A DNA stretch of 64,000 nt from Camelus ferus (taxonomy: Eukaryota), in contig NC_045696.1 in assembly GCF_009834535.1 (NCBI RefSeq), positions 15,502,001 through 15,566,000 of the forward strand. The letters run 5' to 3'. Made by a program: the position numbers and the translations under genes. This document shows positions 13,001-24,870 of this stretch, piece by piece; position 1 is the first letter of the stretch; each line of letters begins with the position of its first letter. The notes below the pieces were generated by a model. That model made no database searches. It saw only the letters and a list, made by a program, of their open reading frames with translations, and had not been told where the DNA came from.

Positions 13001-16000
13001 TCCACATCCCTGAATTAGTAAATTGTTCTTCTTTCTCTTTGGTTTCAAATGAGATATAAGTCTAGGAGATGGTAGGGTTTTGTACCTGTGAGTCACTAAG
13101 GAGGAGGCTCCTAGCTTGTGAGTGAGTGCAAAGTCTTCTAGTGCTTGTGCTCCCAATATGTTGGTCAATGCTTGTCCTTTAAGAATTTATAAAAAATGTA
13201 ACAGTCTTTTCTTTATTCACTTTTACGCTAGCTCTTTTCTCAGTGCTCTGTCAATAGCGAAGAAAAAATGTGTGTCATTCTCTCTTCCATTCTTAGTCCT
13301 TTGTGACTACAGCTCTTTGAACAGTTCAAGGAAAGTTATGATTTTATTAATTATCCACAATTTTATAAGAGTGTTACTCTCTTGCAGCTTTATACATTTT
13401 CAATAAGAGTCAAACTCCTAAGCAAAAGTTAAACACTCCTTTGAATTAATTTTGCCTGTTTTTCAGTATAAATTTAAAAATAATCTCTCTAGGTTCCCTT
13501 TGAGAAAATTTCTATTAATATTTCTATTGTGATTTTTCAAGGTATAAGTTGTGGGGAAATGTTATTTTTATGACCTGAGTCTTCCATGGACCAACAATAA
13601 CATATGACATCATTTGATCAAATCATTTTGCATACCTCCAAAGTTCTTTTAACTTCATTATTTTTAAACAAAACTCAAATTTTTTTGGTCATGTCCTTTT
13701 CAGGATTTTAATATTCTTCTGGTTGCAAATGTGGCTTATTTTCCATTATATTTTTAAACTTGTTTTTTATATATGTATTATGATCATGCTGAATTATCTT
13801 ATGCCATATAATAGTTTTTACTTGATTTTCTTAGTTTTAAGTAAAATAGCAAATTACTGACTGTGAAATATTTTATTTTATACTTCCAATTTTTTGTGAT
13901 TTATTACTCATGCCAATTATTATTGGTTAGTACTTTCAGAAAAACATTAATTAATATTGCTGATAGTGGAATTTCTGCATTGTTACTTCTATTGTTTCCT
14001 CATTTTAAAAGATATTAATATTCGGACAGGAAAACTACATAATATTTTTAAAGTATCCATATTTCCTCTTTTATTAAGAGCCTTTATTATTAATGGATAA
14101 TATAGTTTATTAAATGCTTTCTCGGCATCTGAATAATTTGGAACATATGGATTTTTCCTTTAGATTTATTAATAATGAATTATGTTAATAACTCAAAATA
14201 ATGAATTGCCCTTGGGTTTTTGGGTTAAAACATACTTCTTTGTGATCTTATTCAAAAATGAAGTAAAATTGGTCTAAATACTATTTTCTTTGTGAAAACC
14301 ATGTGAAGGTTAAGTATTAACTTTATGTTATCTTTGCAAAAAGAATTTAGTGCCCTTCTTCTAGTCCCATGGCTTTGGAAAACTTCAACATTGTTGGGAT
14401 TAACTATTTTTTAAGCGTTTGGTGTTTTTTTGGTGGAGGTGGTTCTGTTTAATGACATTCTTCCATTTCTTTTGTGGTAACTAATGTTAGATTTTTCTGT
14501 TTCTTCTCCTGTCATTTTTGGTAAATTATGTTTTCTGTGATTTCACTCAGATTTTCAAATATTTTTACATAAACTTAAGAAAATATATAACTTAAATATC
14601 TTCTAATTGTTTTGTACCTGTGGTTTTTTTCCCACACTTAGTATTTGTTATTTCATATGTACTTCTTCTTCTTAGGTTAGTTAATGGTATATTGATTTTA
14701 TTATTTTTAAGTGAATCATATTCTGTGTTTATTTACTGGTTCTAGTGTTTTCTTTTTTCCCATTACTCTCTACTATTAATGTATTTTTCCTCCTGCTCTA
14801 TTTTGGGTTATTTTGTTCTTTTTTTTAAAAAAAAAAAAACAAGTCCAAATGTAGGCTTCCTAGTAGATTTTCAGTCATTCGTTTAAGTTCTGTTTAGTCT
14901 TTTCCTCATTAATATTTCCTGGATATCCTATAATTTTAGTTTGTATATTCTCTCTGACCCAAGAGTGGTTTAAATTCCCTTTCTCTTTCTCATTTCCATA
15001 GATTTAAGGATTTACCTTATATGCCACCTTTGGAATTTTATTGGAATTTTATATAATATGTAAACTAATTTGGAAAGTGTTTTTAAGGTTATAATATGAA
15101 ATTACTCTGACCCAGACTATTGCTTTTTTTTATCTATTATTAAAGTATTTTGGTGCTTGAATAAAGGCTTGTTGGTTTTATTTATGTAGTCCAGTACAGT
15201 TTTTATATATTTTAAGTTGGTTATATAAATTGCTTGTGAATAAAATTGTTGCTACTGTGAATAAAATTTTTCCATTATATTTTATGTTTGGAGGGATATA
15301 TAGAAATTCTTGATGTTGCTATAATTATTTTGTTACCCTAAACCTAATTTCATAAAACTACTTTGATGATCATAATATTTTTTCATTTTGTTCTCTTGGG
15401 TTTTTCTAAGTTGTAGACCATCACGTTATATTATGACCATCACAGTGGAAGAGGGATAAGTTTTACAGAAAATTGTGCACACTGTTGGCATAGAGCACAA
15501 TTTATCATAACATAAGAAAATGTCATGACCTATTACACACAGACAGGCAAATTTAACTGGCCTTTACATTTCCATAATGTGGCCAGCAGCTGATGAACAA
15601 GCATGACCTGGTAAGATTACCCCACAGGTTCTTTGAGAAGTCCCTTTGGCCATTCTTACCCGTACAATCTGTGGGCACTAGAGCACCAAATGTACCCTCC
15701 TTCCTCCTCTCGACTGTCAGAGACGAGGTTATGTGCATGCCTGCCTACCAACTGAACTTCTGTTAGAAGACCCAGAACATTCTTACAAATATGCGAGAGA
15801 AATTAAATATTAATTTTCCAGAGTAAATGGTCTAGGCATGCTATATACATGGAAATCCCAGACTTAAGTTTACGTGAAATCTTTTCTGAACATATACATA
15901 AAATATTAATGTTTCTGCTCCACTCCTCTCCTCCACATTCTTTCTTACATTTTCTTCTTAAGCCATTGGCTACAATTTGCAGGAAAATGTCAAATGATAA

Positions 16001-16320
16001 TGCTAAGAATTAGTATCCTTGTCTTTATTTCAATGGGGATAACTCTAGAGCTTTTCAAGTGAATTTGATACATACTGTGTATTTAGTTATTCCTTATCAT
16101 ACTAAAAGGTTTTATTTTGTCTCTGGAGAGTAAGAGGATTTAATTATATTTAACTTCAAGAACAGATGATTAAATGCTTTAAAATTTATTTTTAGCATCC
16201 GTAAAGATTATTTCATTTTTAAAATTTTTACTTGGTAATAGGTTTAGTTATGTTAGTAGATTTTTGTATAATAAAACATTCTTGTACTCCTGAAATGAAG
16301 ATAGCTAGTATTCCTTTAAG
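7090..16320 (-). mobile_element. Long patchwork of degraded old L1M fragments, mostly antisense and interrupted by other repeats
   Basis: Strong T skew and L1-antisense-like phrases (e.g. 'tttattttttaatctgacaatctttgtctttta', 'aattttagaaccaatttgtcaagt', 'ttctgagttaaacc'). Boundaries are approximate. Confidence 0.5.
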
Positions 16321-16504
16321 TATCTTTCCCAACTTTTAAGATAGAAACTAAGGAATCAGCTTGGCATGGTACATTGTATAAAAGAAGGATCATAAAAGAC
16401 AGAAGGTTAATAATTCAAATATAGCTTCTCAGAGTAATAGTTTGCAGTTTTATTGTTGTCACCAATTCAAAGGTCACCTTGGTTCTACTAGTTTATCTGT
16501 CAAG

Positions 16505-16890
16505 ATGATTTAGGTTATGGCTAGATAATCCCACATTTCAGGGGCTGAAAACAAGGAGTTATTCCTTACTTGTGCAATGTGCCCATTACACTGGGCTGTC
16601 ACATTGTCGTTATCACTTTTCCACAACCCAGGGTGATGGAGTAGCCAGTCATTGTCATTACAGAGGGAAACAAAGAGAACATGGCAAATCACTCTGGCTC
16701 TGAAAGTTTCCAACTGGAAGTAATAACACTCTGCTCTCAAGTCATTGGCCAGAACAAGTCACTCTGCTCACAATTTATTAAAGGAAGTCACACAGACACA
16801 CCTAACTTTGAGAGGTTAGAAAAGCACAATATTATTATGTTCTTAGAAAAAGAACTGGAAATACTCAGTGGACAGCACTAATGACTACAT
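16505..16890 (-). mobile_element. MaLR LTR (MLT1-type)
   Basis: 'gggctgaaaacaagg...ggaagtaataacactctgctc...tcattggccagaacaagtcac' is typical of MLT1. Confidence 0.55.
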
Positions 16891-16899
16891 AAATTCTCT

Positions 16900-17090
16900 C
16901 TTTGCTATGAGATCTTAGACAGGTCAATTAACCTTTCCAAGCATCTGGTAGTAAGAGGATGCACTTCACAGGGCTATTTGGAAGATAAATAAGCTAATCT
17001 ATGGGAAGACTTCAGTGCAGTGCCGGGCGATTAAAACGCTGTCAGTAAATGTGAGCTACCATCGTTATCACCACCACTCTCATCATCACT
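16900..17090 (+). mobile_element. MIR SINE fragment
   Basis: 'aattaacctttc...gaagataaataagctaatctatg...cagtaaatgtgagcta' resembles the MIR core and 3' end. Confidence 0.6.
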
Positions 17091-20000
17091 TATATTCAAA
17101 TCAATGTTATTCAAGTATTTTAAAAATATTTTATATGTTTTGTCTTGGATTATGAAATGTTCTGAATTATTTAGGTCTTTGACTCTTTCATTAATCAGAA
17201 AAACCTAGATTTGACTACACGTACTCTTTTTAATTGTTTTTGATTACTTCAGGACCATTTGGGGTTTTAAAGGACATTAGTGTCTCCTTCAGCATCTACC
17301 AGAGAATGAATAAGGAAAGAGGAGTCATGCTGAGCAAGTGTTTCATTTAAATGGCATTTTTCGATTCTTCAAAAGAAGAATTGCATGTTAAAAGTATAGG
17401 ATATTATTCAAAGTCCCAATTCAGACAATATGTTCAAAATTACAGTATTATCACAATTTGTAAAAATATGATTGAAGGTATATGTCAATTTCTCTAATAG
17501 ATATATGTATAATATCCTACCAGAAATTATGGGACAAAGTTAAATTATTTTCTGGTCATTTTTACTTCTCAAAATAAGCATTTTCCTCTAATCTGAGAAC
17601 AGAATACAAAGTAATCCATTTTTCTTAGGAAGATAAGATTCTTCTTATAGCTTCACTATTTTGTACCACCATTAACAAGAAAAGGTAAGGAAACATGTAA
17701 GAAGTCAACAAACCTATTCCTGTACTTATAGTCAATCTCTTTAAAAAGAACAAATTGATCATATATTAAAAAGAAAATATTAAATATTTAAATACTTCAA
17801 AATTTTAATATTATATTGAAAGCTTCAAGCTTGAATTTTGCTTTGTTTTGTTTTTACAATGCCCCAGAGTCACTCTTTACACCAAATAATAACATTTTAG
17901 TGCTTTAGTTTTATAGGCATCCATATTTTTTTTCAAAAAACAAAGAAACATTGATAAAATTCTTAAATGATGTTGAAGAAAGTTTTTATAGAAATGCAGA
18001 AGGAATTAAACAGTAAAAACTGTTCATTAGACTTTTAAAATTAGATTTTAGCATATTTTTTCTCATTTCCTGAAACTGCTAAATGAATCTAAAATTTCTC
18101 TGTAACTAAGTCCTTACATCCATGAACATCTGAGAGTTATCAAGTCTGTGTTGTTTCTAATGATAATGATAATTTAGTAGAATGCAGAAACGAAGCTGTA
18201 CAGAACAGAGTGTACTAAGTCAAATGACAAAATAATTAAAACAAAAAATCTTTTCTAAAGCATATGACCCTTTTCATGAGAAGACAAATTCCCCATATTC
18301 TCATCTTCTTAGAAAAGGAACAGAAATGGCAGTACTTACCACATACAAGGTACATCTATGAAGTTTCAAAATAATGCAAAGAAAATCAGACCAAATAACT
18401 TCTCTTCTTCGAAACCTGCACCACTCCCCCAGTCCTCCTGCCCTTGGACAGGTCAATGGCTCTATCTTTATCCATCCCCTTCTCCTGGTCTGAATTCCCT
18501 GTAAAGCCCTCGCTGTACTCAAGAACAACTATTTGAGTACATTTGTATAAGATATTCAAGAGCAATTATTTAAACAATCTTTAATGAGATTGTGAAATTT
18601 CAGGGTGCAGGGTAGGTATCATTAGTGCCCAGTCCAGTACCTGACATAATAGGAAAGTAATCGACATTACAAATAAAAAAGGAGGAACAAAGGAAGGAAA
18701 GACAGGAAGGAGGGAGGGAGGAAGACTGACACAAACCCCAGAGGAAAAACTTGATACAATTGTTAAAAAAATCACTTCACTTGGTAACAAAAGTTCTTCT
18801 CTCGTTTTTTAAAAACAGATTTTATTCTTACCACAAATTACTGGAAGCTTTCAACAGCCATTTGCAATAAATAATATTCCTGCAAGAGAGTAAGACTGCT
18901 GTACCTCTTTTAACTATGTCAAACGTAAAATATTAAGGAGATAAAAAAATCACAAAATTAAATCCTAAATTTTAGGAGAGAAATGGCTGAAGATTCCTGT
19001 TATCATCTTAAGGGAGATATATCTTATTTGCACACATTTTCTGTATGCACATTGCATGAACAGAGACGTTTGTGATCTGACATAGACCTGACAAGAAAAC
19101 TCCTAATTTTTTTCTGTCTTTTTGGTCCTCATCAGTTTGCCATTGTCCCTAAAATCATCAAATCTTTTCTTTAAGAGTTGCGTTCCATCACGGCACGTGG
19201 GCTTAAGACAGGGCATGGGTGACTCCCAGTCTCAATTTTCTCTCAAAAGCGGCACCCTGAATCCCAGACAGTCAGAAAATGACACCTGAGTTAGAAGGTT
19301 AATTCGTTACAATTCTTTTCTAGTCTCTTAAAAGACTACCAGAGGGATTTGCTTTATACTTTTGGCTTATTCTGTGTAAAGTCATTAATTTCCTTTTAAT
19401 TCTTAAATTTGCAAAAAAAAAAAAAAATATTTTTAAAATGCTTTACTTGAGGCGTCTCTCGCTAAGAGTATTTCTGATCCTTGTGCCCCACGTGTTCTCT
19501 CACCGCTTCAGTTGCTGCGCAGGTGTTCGGCACAGGGCGCCTGTGCTTCACACGTGTGCTTCCGCAGACCGCTTGTAACGTTCCTTTGGCTTCACTTGCT
19601 TCCTTTTATTCCAGCTCTGATTTCTAATGAGAAGTATATATAGCTCGTGCAGTTGCCTTGAGTGTGGATGCATGTCAGCTGCTCAGCAAGTGTCACATTC
19701 TTCTTCAAGGTAGAGAAGTTCACTTATTCCAATGTAAAGTTTCCCATCTATTTATCCTTCCGTAGTTAGAACTTTCTCTTGTAACTTTTGGGATGGTTTT
19801 TCAGCAAAGCTGTAATACAGGTGAAATACGTAGGTCAGTGCTTGTGCTTAATAAGTGCTCAATAAATCTTAGAGTGACAATGGTGTTGATGAGTTCCAGA
19901 AAGCACTGCAGTTACCCACTCAGAGTCAGACATACTTAAGAGTTAAGAAACCGTAAAACTGCAGTCTTTTTATTTCCTGCCTTAGTGACACCACTTGGAA

Positions 20001-20654
20001 ATTTGAAATCCATTTTTTCTTTCATACATGTATACATACGACTTCTTAAGTCATAGACTCTACAAAATGTGGCATTGAATCCCTTTGGAAGCCAAATCCC
20101 TTTGTACCATCATATTCCCCAACTCTTTTATAGGCTGAATCGCAGTAAAACAAAACAGCCTTATTTGATCTTTTACTCCATTATTTTCTGACACTAGTGA
20201 CAATAATACCACTAGCCGCAGTGCGTTTCTAGAAACAGAAGAAAACTGTGTCTAATTTCCTAATACAGACAATTTTTTACTTGAGGCAAAGTTTCATTGA
20301 GGAATAGCAACCTCACCAAGCATTCAGCATATAATAAATTGCTCGCACAGTGGAGATATACCATTAACACAAACAGCAATTTGTACATCTATAGCTCTTC
20401 AAAGTGCTCAAATCACCTTGAAAATTACAGAACAGTTGAACTGGAGCTGTCCAACCCGTTCATTTTATAGATTTAGAAACTAAATTCCAGCGAGTCTGTG
20501 ATTACGGTCATTAGCAGATGGTTGTGCATCTGAAGTTAGTTACCCTGACTCTTAACCCGATCCTCTTTCTTCTGTATTTCTCACCACCCTTAAAAAGTTT
20601 TAAATATGGTTGTATACATATAATGCATATATACATATTGCATTAAAGTTTAAA

Positions 20655-20845
20655 AGAACAGACTACCTGACTCCATCAGGCTGTGTGGGTTTGGCCAAAT
20701 CTCTTAACTTCTCTGTACTTCAGTTACCTTATCTGTGATACAGTGATATTAATAACAATAAATCTCCACGTGAGGATTAATTAAGTTATATGGAGTGTGT
20801 ATGGCATATAGTAAGCACACAGTAAATACCAGGCATTATTATTGT
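20655..20845 (+). mobile_element. MIR SINE
   Basis: 'aaatctcttaacttctctgtacttcagttaccttatctgtgatacagtgata...gtgaggattaa...ggcatatagtaagcac' matches the MIR core. Confidence 0.75.
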
Positions 20846-21929
20846 CATGGTAAAATTAGAAAAACATGAATTCAGATAGAACCTCATTCACAGCTGGCTC
20901 CCTTCCACCGCCGAGTTATCTTGAGTGGACCGAAGTTCTTCATTTAGGAGCCGCATAAAAGAGAAAGCACAGCCTGGCAGGGGACAACGGGAAGCCACTG
21001 CTCAGAAGACAGGGAATTGGGGATACGGAGAATGAGTCACTCCCCTACACACACATACCCTCAGTATTGTCCCAGCCCAATCCCCTACTCCAGATGGACA
21101 GATAGTTTGCTGGAGTCATTGCTGCAAGCTTGGGAAACGGGCAAGAATCATCCCTATTGATAGCAATTCGTAATAGACAACCACCACCAAGTCCCATAGG
21201 GCAGCAGGGACTGCTCTGTTTTGGCTCTCACTTCCGGACCCCCAGAATTTCCTGCTAGTTAACTGTGCATACTCCAACAGGTCATCTCATTAACCTGAAA
21301 ATAATGCAGTTCTGCATTCTCACGGAGGAGTTTTTGTGTATGATAGTAAAATTTTCACAGCACTGTAATAAACTACTTTATACTGTTGTAAGTCTGTCTT
21401 AACCACACATAAGTTGACAATATTACTGTTAGTGCAATGCTTTTGGCTGCTATTGTTTCTATTACTTAAATTTAGAAAATGTTTGGGGACCATAATTTGC
21501 ATGGACAGTGTTTCTTCAAAGAATTTCTCCAAGAACAATTTTGAACTTTGCATAAGAGGCTAGGAATGAAGGAGATGGAGCAGATACAGAGGAGAGCAAG
21601 TGTACTTTTGAGAGGCACTTGGGTCTGCTGAGAACTTTACAGCCTCTTGGCAAAGGGAGGCTGTCCTGCTGTAGCAAGGGAGTGATATCTGCCCCTGACA
21701 ATCTGCAGTGTCAGGGTCCAGGAGAACCTGGGGGTTCAAGATTCTCTTGCTCAGCCACCCAAATGTCTCCATCTCATATAGTTTCCACAATTTTTCTATT
21801 AGGACTCAGATTTGGGATTAAGCAATCATAAGATTATACATTTTCAGATTTTTCAGCACAGTCTGCTCTCTGGCTGCAGGAGATAAAGGAGACTTCAAGA
21901 CATGCCTTGAGATTAAGAGTTAGAAAAAT

Positions 21930-22628
21930 GGGAGAGGGGTATAGCTTAATGGTAGAGCACATGCTTAGCATGAAGGAGGCCCTGAGTTCAATCCCCAGTA
22001 CCTCTGAAGGAGGAATAATAAAATGGCCACATTTAGGCTAACAGATTGCTTATTATGTTTGCCCTTAAAACAGTCAACTGAACTGACTGACCGGTTGCTA
22101 CTCACAGCTCCAGGCCCATTGTTAAAACTAAAGCTATTGATCTTATTGTTTATACTTTATTCCAGTCATTGAAAGTAATAATCATGCTTGGTCTCTGAGT
22201 CTTTCTCCAAGGAGAAGGTCACAGGACTGTAACCTTACAAAATAGCCTGAATTACCAAGAAGACCACACCTTGAGTACTTACGAGATAGAGATAAAGAGA
22301 TCTAACCACTGGCCTCTATAGAATTGGTCGTCTGGAGGTACCATGATGCCATTCTAAGTCTTCTGTTGAGAAAACGATTCTGTTGATTGTTATTGATGCT
22401 TTATTGTTAGAACCACGGATATATAATCACCCCACCCCATCCCCAAGGGGGGTTCACAGTTTTGGAGGCACTAGCCTGCTGTGAGTCCCCTTTGCCCAGC
22501 CAAGTATTAAAGCTGTCTCTTTCCTTCTAAGCTCCAAAACCTGGTCTCTGAGTCATTTGGCTCATCCGGGATGGGGTCGATCTTCCGGCAAAACCTCCAT
22601 TAACAAAACCAACCAAACAACAACAGCA
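21930..22628 (+). mobile_element. tRNA-derived SINE (Vic-1-like, camelid), split by an LTR insertion
   Basis: Head 'gggtatagcttaatggtagagcacatgcttagcatg...gagttcaatccccagtacctc' carries A and B boxes. The element resumes after the LTR as 'cattaacaaaacc' plus an A-rich tail. 15-bp TSD aagagttagaaaaat (21915-21929) / aagaattagaaaaat (22629-22643), 1 mismatch. Confidence 0.85.
22005..22593 (+). mobile_element. Solo ERV LTR (~589 bp, probably ERV1 class) inserted in the SINE
   Basis: Begins TG. Flanked by the direct repeat cctc (22001-22004 / 22594-22597; acctc if 5 bp). TATA-like tatataa 22420-22426 and ATTAAA 22506-22511. Ends ggcaaaa, probably a mutated ...ggcaaCA. Confidence 0.8.
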
Positions 22629-22684
22629 AAGAATTAGAAAAATACAAACCCTCTCTTTTAAAATTTTTTTCAAGGCTTCTAAAG

Positions 22685-22852
22685 CCAGGGTCAACAAACT
22701 TTTTTGTAAAGATAATAATTTTGAACGTGTGTGCTCAACTCTGCCTGGTAGGGCAAAAGCAATCACACACTATACATAAACAAATGTTCCAGCTAAACAT
22801 TATTCTCAGAACAGGTGGTCAAGCCCTTGGGCCATAGTTCATCAACTCCCTC
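22685..22852. mobile_element. MER58-like hAT-Charlie DNA transposon remnant
   Basis: 'cagggtcaacaaactttttt gtaaag...gggccatagtt' termini, similar to the copy at 39642. Confidence 0.6.
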
Positions 22853-24231
22853 ACTCTGAAGCAGCTATCAAAAGCCATTCAGTTGCGCACTTTAAAGTGT
22901 TCTTTTCCTCATTCTGTTTAAGTTCCACTGCTGCCAGCTAAACCTGCATCTCATCGCATCCTGAGTCTTTGCAATTGTATTGTAATGCCACTGCCTGCCC
23001 CCAGGCTACTCCACCCTACTTACCACCAGTAAAAGAATCCTTATTGCTGTGTGATCGGTGAATGGTCCCATTGAAAGGATTTACTGATATTCATTGTTTT
23101 AGACTCAATTGAGCCCAGCAGGCAGAACCAGAGAAAAAAAGCTTGTGTGCAGACAGCCCTTGAGGAAGCGAAAGGAGCAGAGAAGCAAATTTAGGGAAAA
23201 GGAGAGGGGCCCAGCAAGAATTAGACAGGCTAGGGGGAAGCAAACGTCAGGGTGGATTCTCAAGCTGGTCCTTGCTAGGGACAACTGGGACTCACGTCCA
23301 TCAAGATCTTCTGAAGAGACATGTATGATGGGCCTCTCTAGTGTTTCCCAAAGAACAGAAAAGGACCCATTTCCCACTGGTCCCTATTCCAGGGCTGCCA
23401 CCTGGCTAGTTATCCACTCCTCTGAGCTTCCCGGTTGCATTTACCAGATTGTCATTCTGCAGCTTCAAGGAGCCCCAGGTGAGAAAGCAGTCAAGACACA
23501 GGGTGTGTCTGTTGGAAATTACTCTCAGGTTACACCTGCCTGGAAGTGTTTCCCGCAGTAATGGCCAGATGAGGTGAGAAGACGACAGTAAAATGTTGAC
23601 ACAGGCCAGACTAGTACATCCACTGAAGTAAGTTAGTTTATAGACAGATCAGGTCCCAAAAACAATGGCAAAAAGGCACAATCTATATAGCACTCAGCAA
23701 CTTTAACTTTGAGGCTGTTCATCAGCTGATCTTACTAACTGATAACTTTGCAAAGCCATCTTGCATAACCTTTTTTTCAGTCTGTTGCCCTGCACCTTCG
23801 AAACTATTTGACTCCGTTCTTCTTACCCTGCTTTTGACCCTCCCTCCCCAGTGACCTTTGACTTCACTTTATTGTTCTCCATCATTCCACCACAAACATG
23901 CACCAACTGCATACACGAGCCATTTCTCTGCGTTGGTGTCCCACTCAACAATCAAAGGGATCTTACTAAATGGAGAAGACTAACTTGCTTCATTCATTTA
24001 AAAAAATGTGACCCACTTCAAGCTCATTTCTGTATTGAGTGTTCCATGGCATTGAAGCAGAACTCTTGGCCAGAGTTGCGTATCCGCAGTCTCACTTATC
24101 CCTTTGACATTCCTTTCCCACCACTTTCAAAGTCTCCCATAGTCATCAGTTCCATTTTCCACTGGCAAGTCTATGCCAGTCATGTCTATCATCCTTGGAA
24201 CAATGTTTCAAGCCAAGGATGGTTGTTACTT

Positions 24232-24745
24232 CTTTTTCTATTGCAGTATCGTTGACTTACAATATTGTGCTAGTTTCAAGTGTACAGTAAAATGATTGAG
24301 CTACATATATATATTTCAAATTATTTTCCATTATAGGTTATTATAAGATATTGAATATAGCTCCCTGTGCTACACAGTAAATCTTTGTTGCTTATCTATT
24401 TAATGCATAAAAGTTTTTATCTGTTAATTCCATACTCCTAATTTATCCCTCCCCCTTCTCCTTCCCCTTGGGTAACTATAAGTTTATTTTCTGTCTGTGA
24501 GTCTGTTTCGGTTATATAGAGTCACTGTATTATTTTTTAGATTCCTCACATAAGTGATATCATATAATATTTGGCTTTCACTGTCTTACTTCACTAAGTA
24601 TAATATTCTCTGGGTCCATCCATGTTGCTGCAAATGGCAATATTTCATTATTTTTTATGGCTGAGCAGTATTCTTAAGCCAATTATCTGTTGATGGGCAC
24701 TTAGGTTTTTCACATTTGCTTTTGTAAATAATGCTGCTATGGACA
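24232..24745 (-). mobile_element. L1 LINE 3' end, antisense, same family as the copies at 502 and 3699
   Basis: Reverse complement of the same 3' UTR/ORF2 tail ('tccatccatgttgctgcaaatggc...tttttttatggctgag'). Confidence 0.9.
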
Positions 24746-24747
24746 TG

Positions 24748-24870
24748 TATTTTTACACATGAGGACCCTGAGACTCAGGGACAGTTGATTCCCCAAAGCC
24801 ACAAAGTAAGGGTGTGGCTCAGTGAGAATGCAGATTTTCAATGTGAATTTGCCTCCCGGCTCTCAGTACA
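24748..24870 (-). mobile_element. MIR SINE fragment
   Basis: 'attttacacatgaggaccctgagactcagg...cccaaagccaca'. Confidence 0.55.

Noticed and set aside
21930..22004. tRNA-like sequence with A and B boxes
   Set aside because: It has an A-rich tail and a TSD, and I could not build a convincing acceptor stem. It is a SINE head, not a tRNA gene.
21971..22013. The 9-mer tgaaggagg occurs in both the SINE head (21971) and the LTR start (22005)
   Set aside because: The position is wrong for a TSD and it is too short to support a mechanism; treated as coincidence.
23109..23561. 150-aa ORF
   Set aside because: Starts at TTG, shows no recognisable homology and no evident exon structure.
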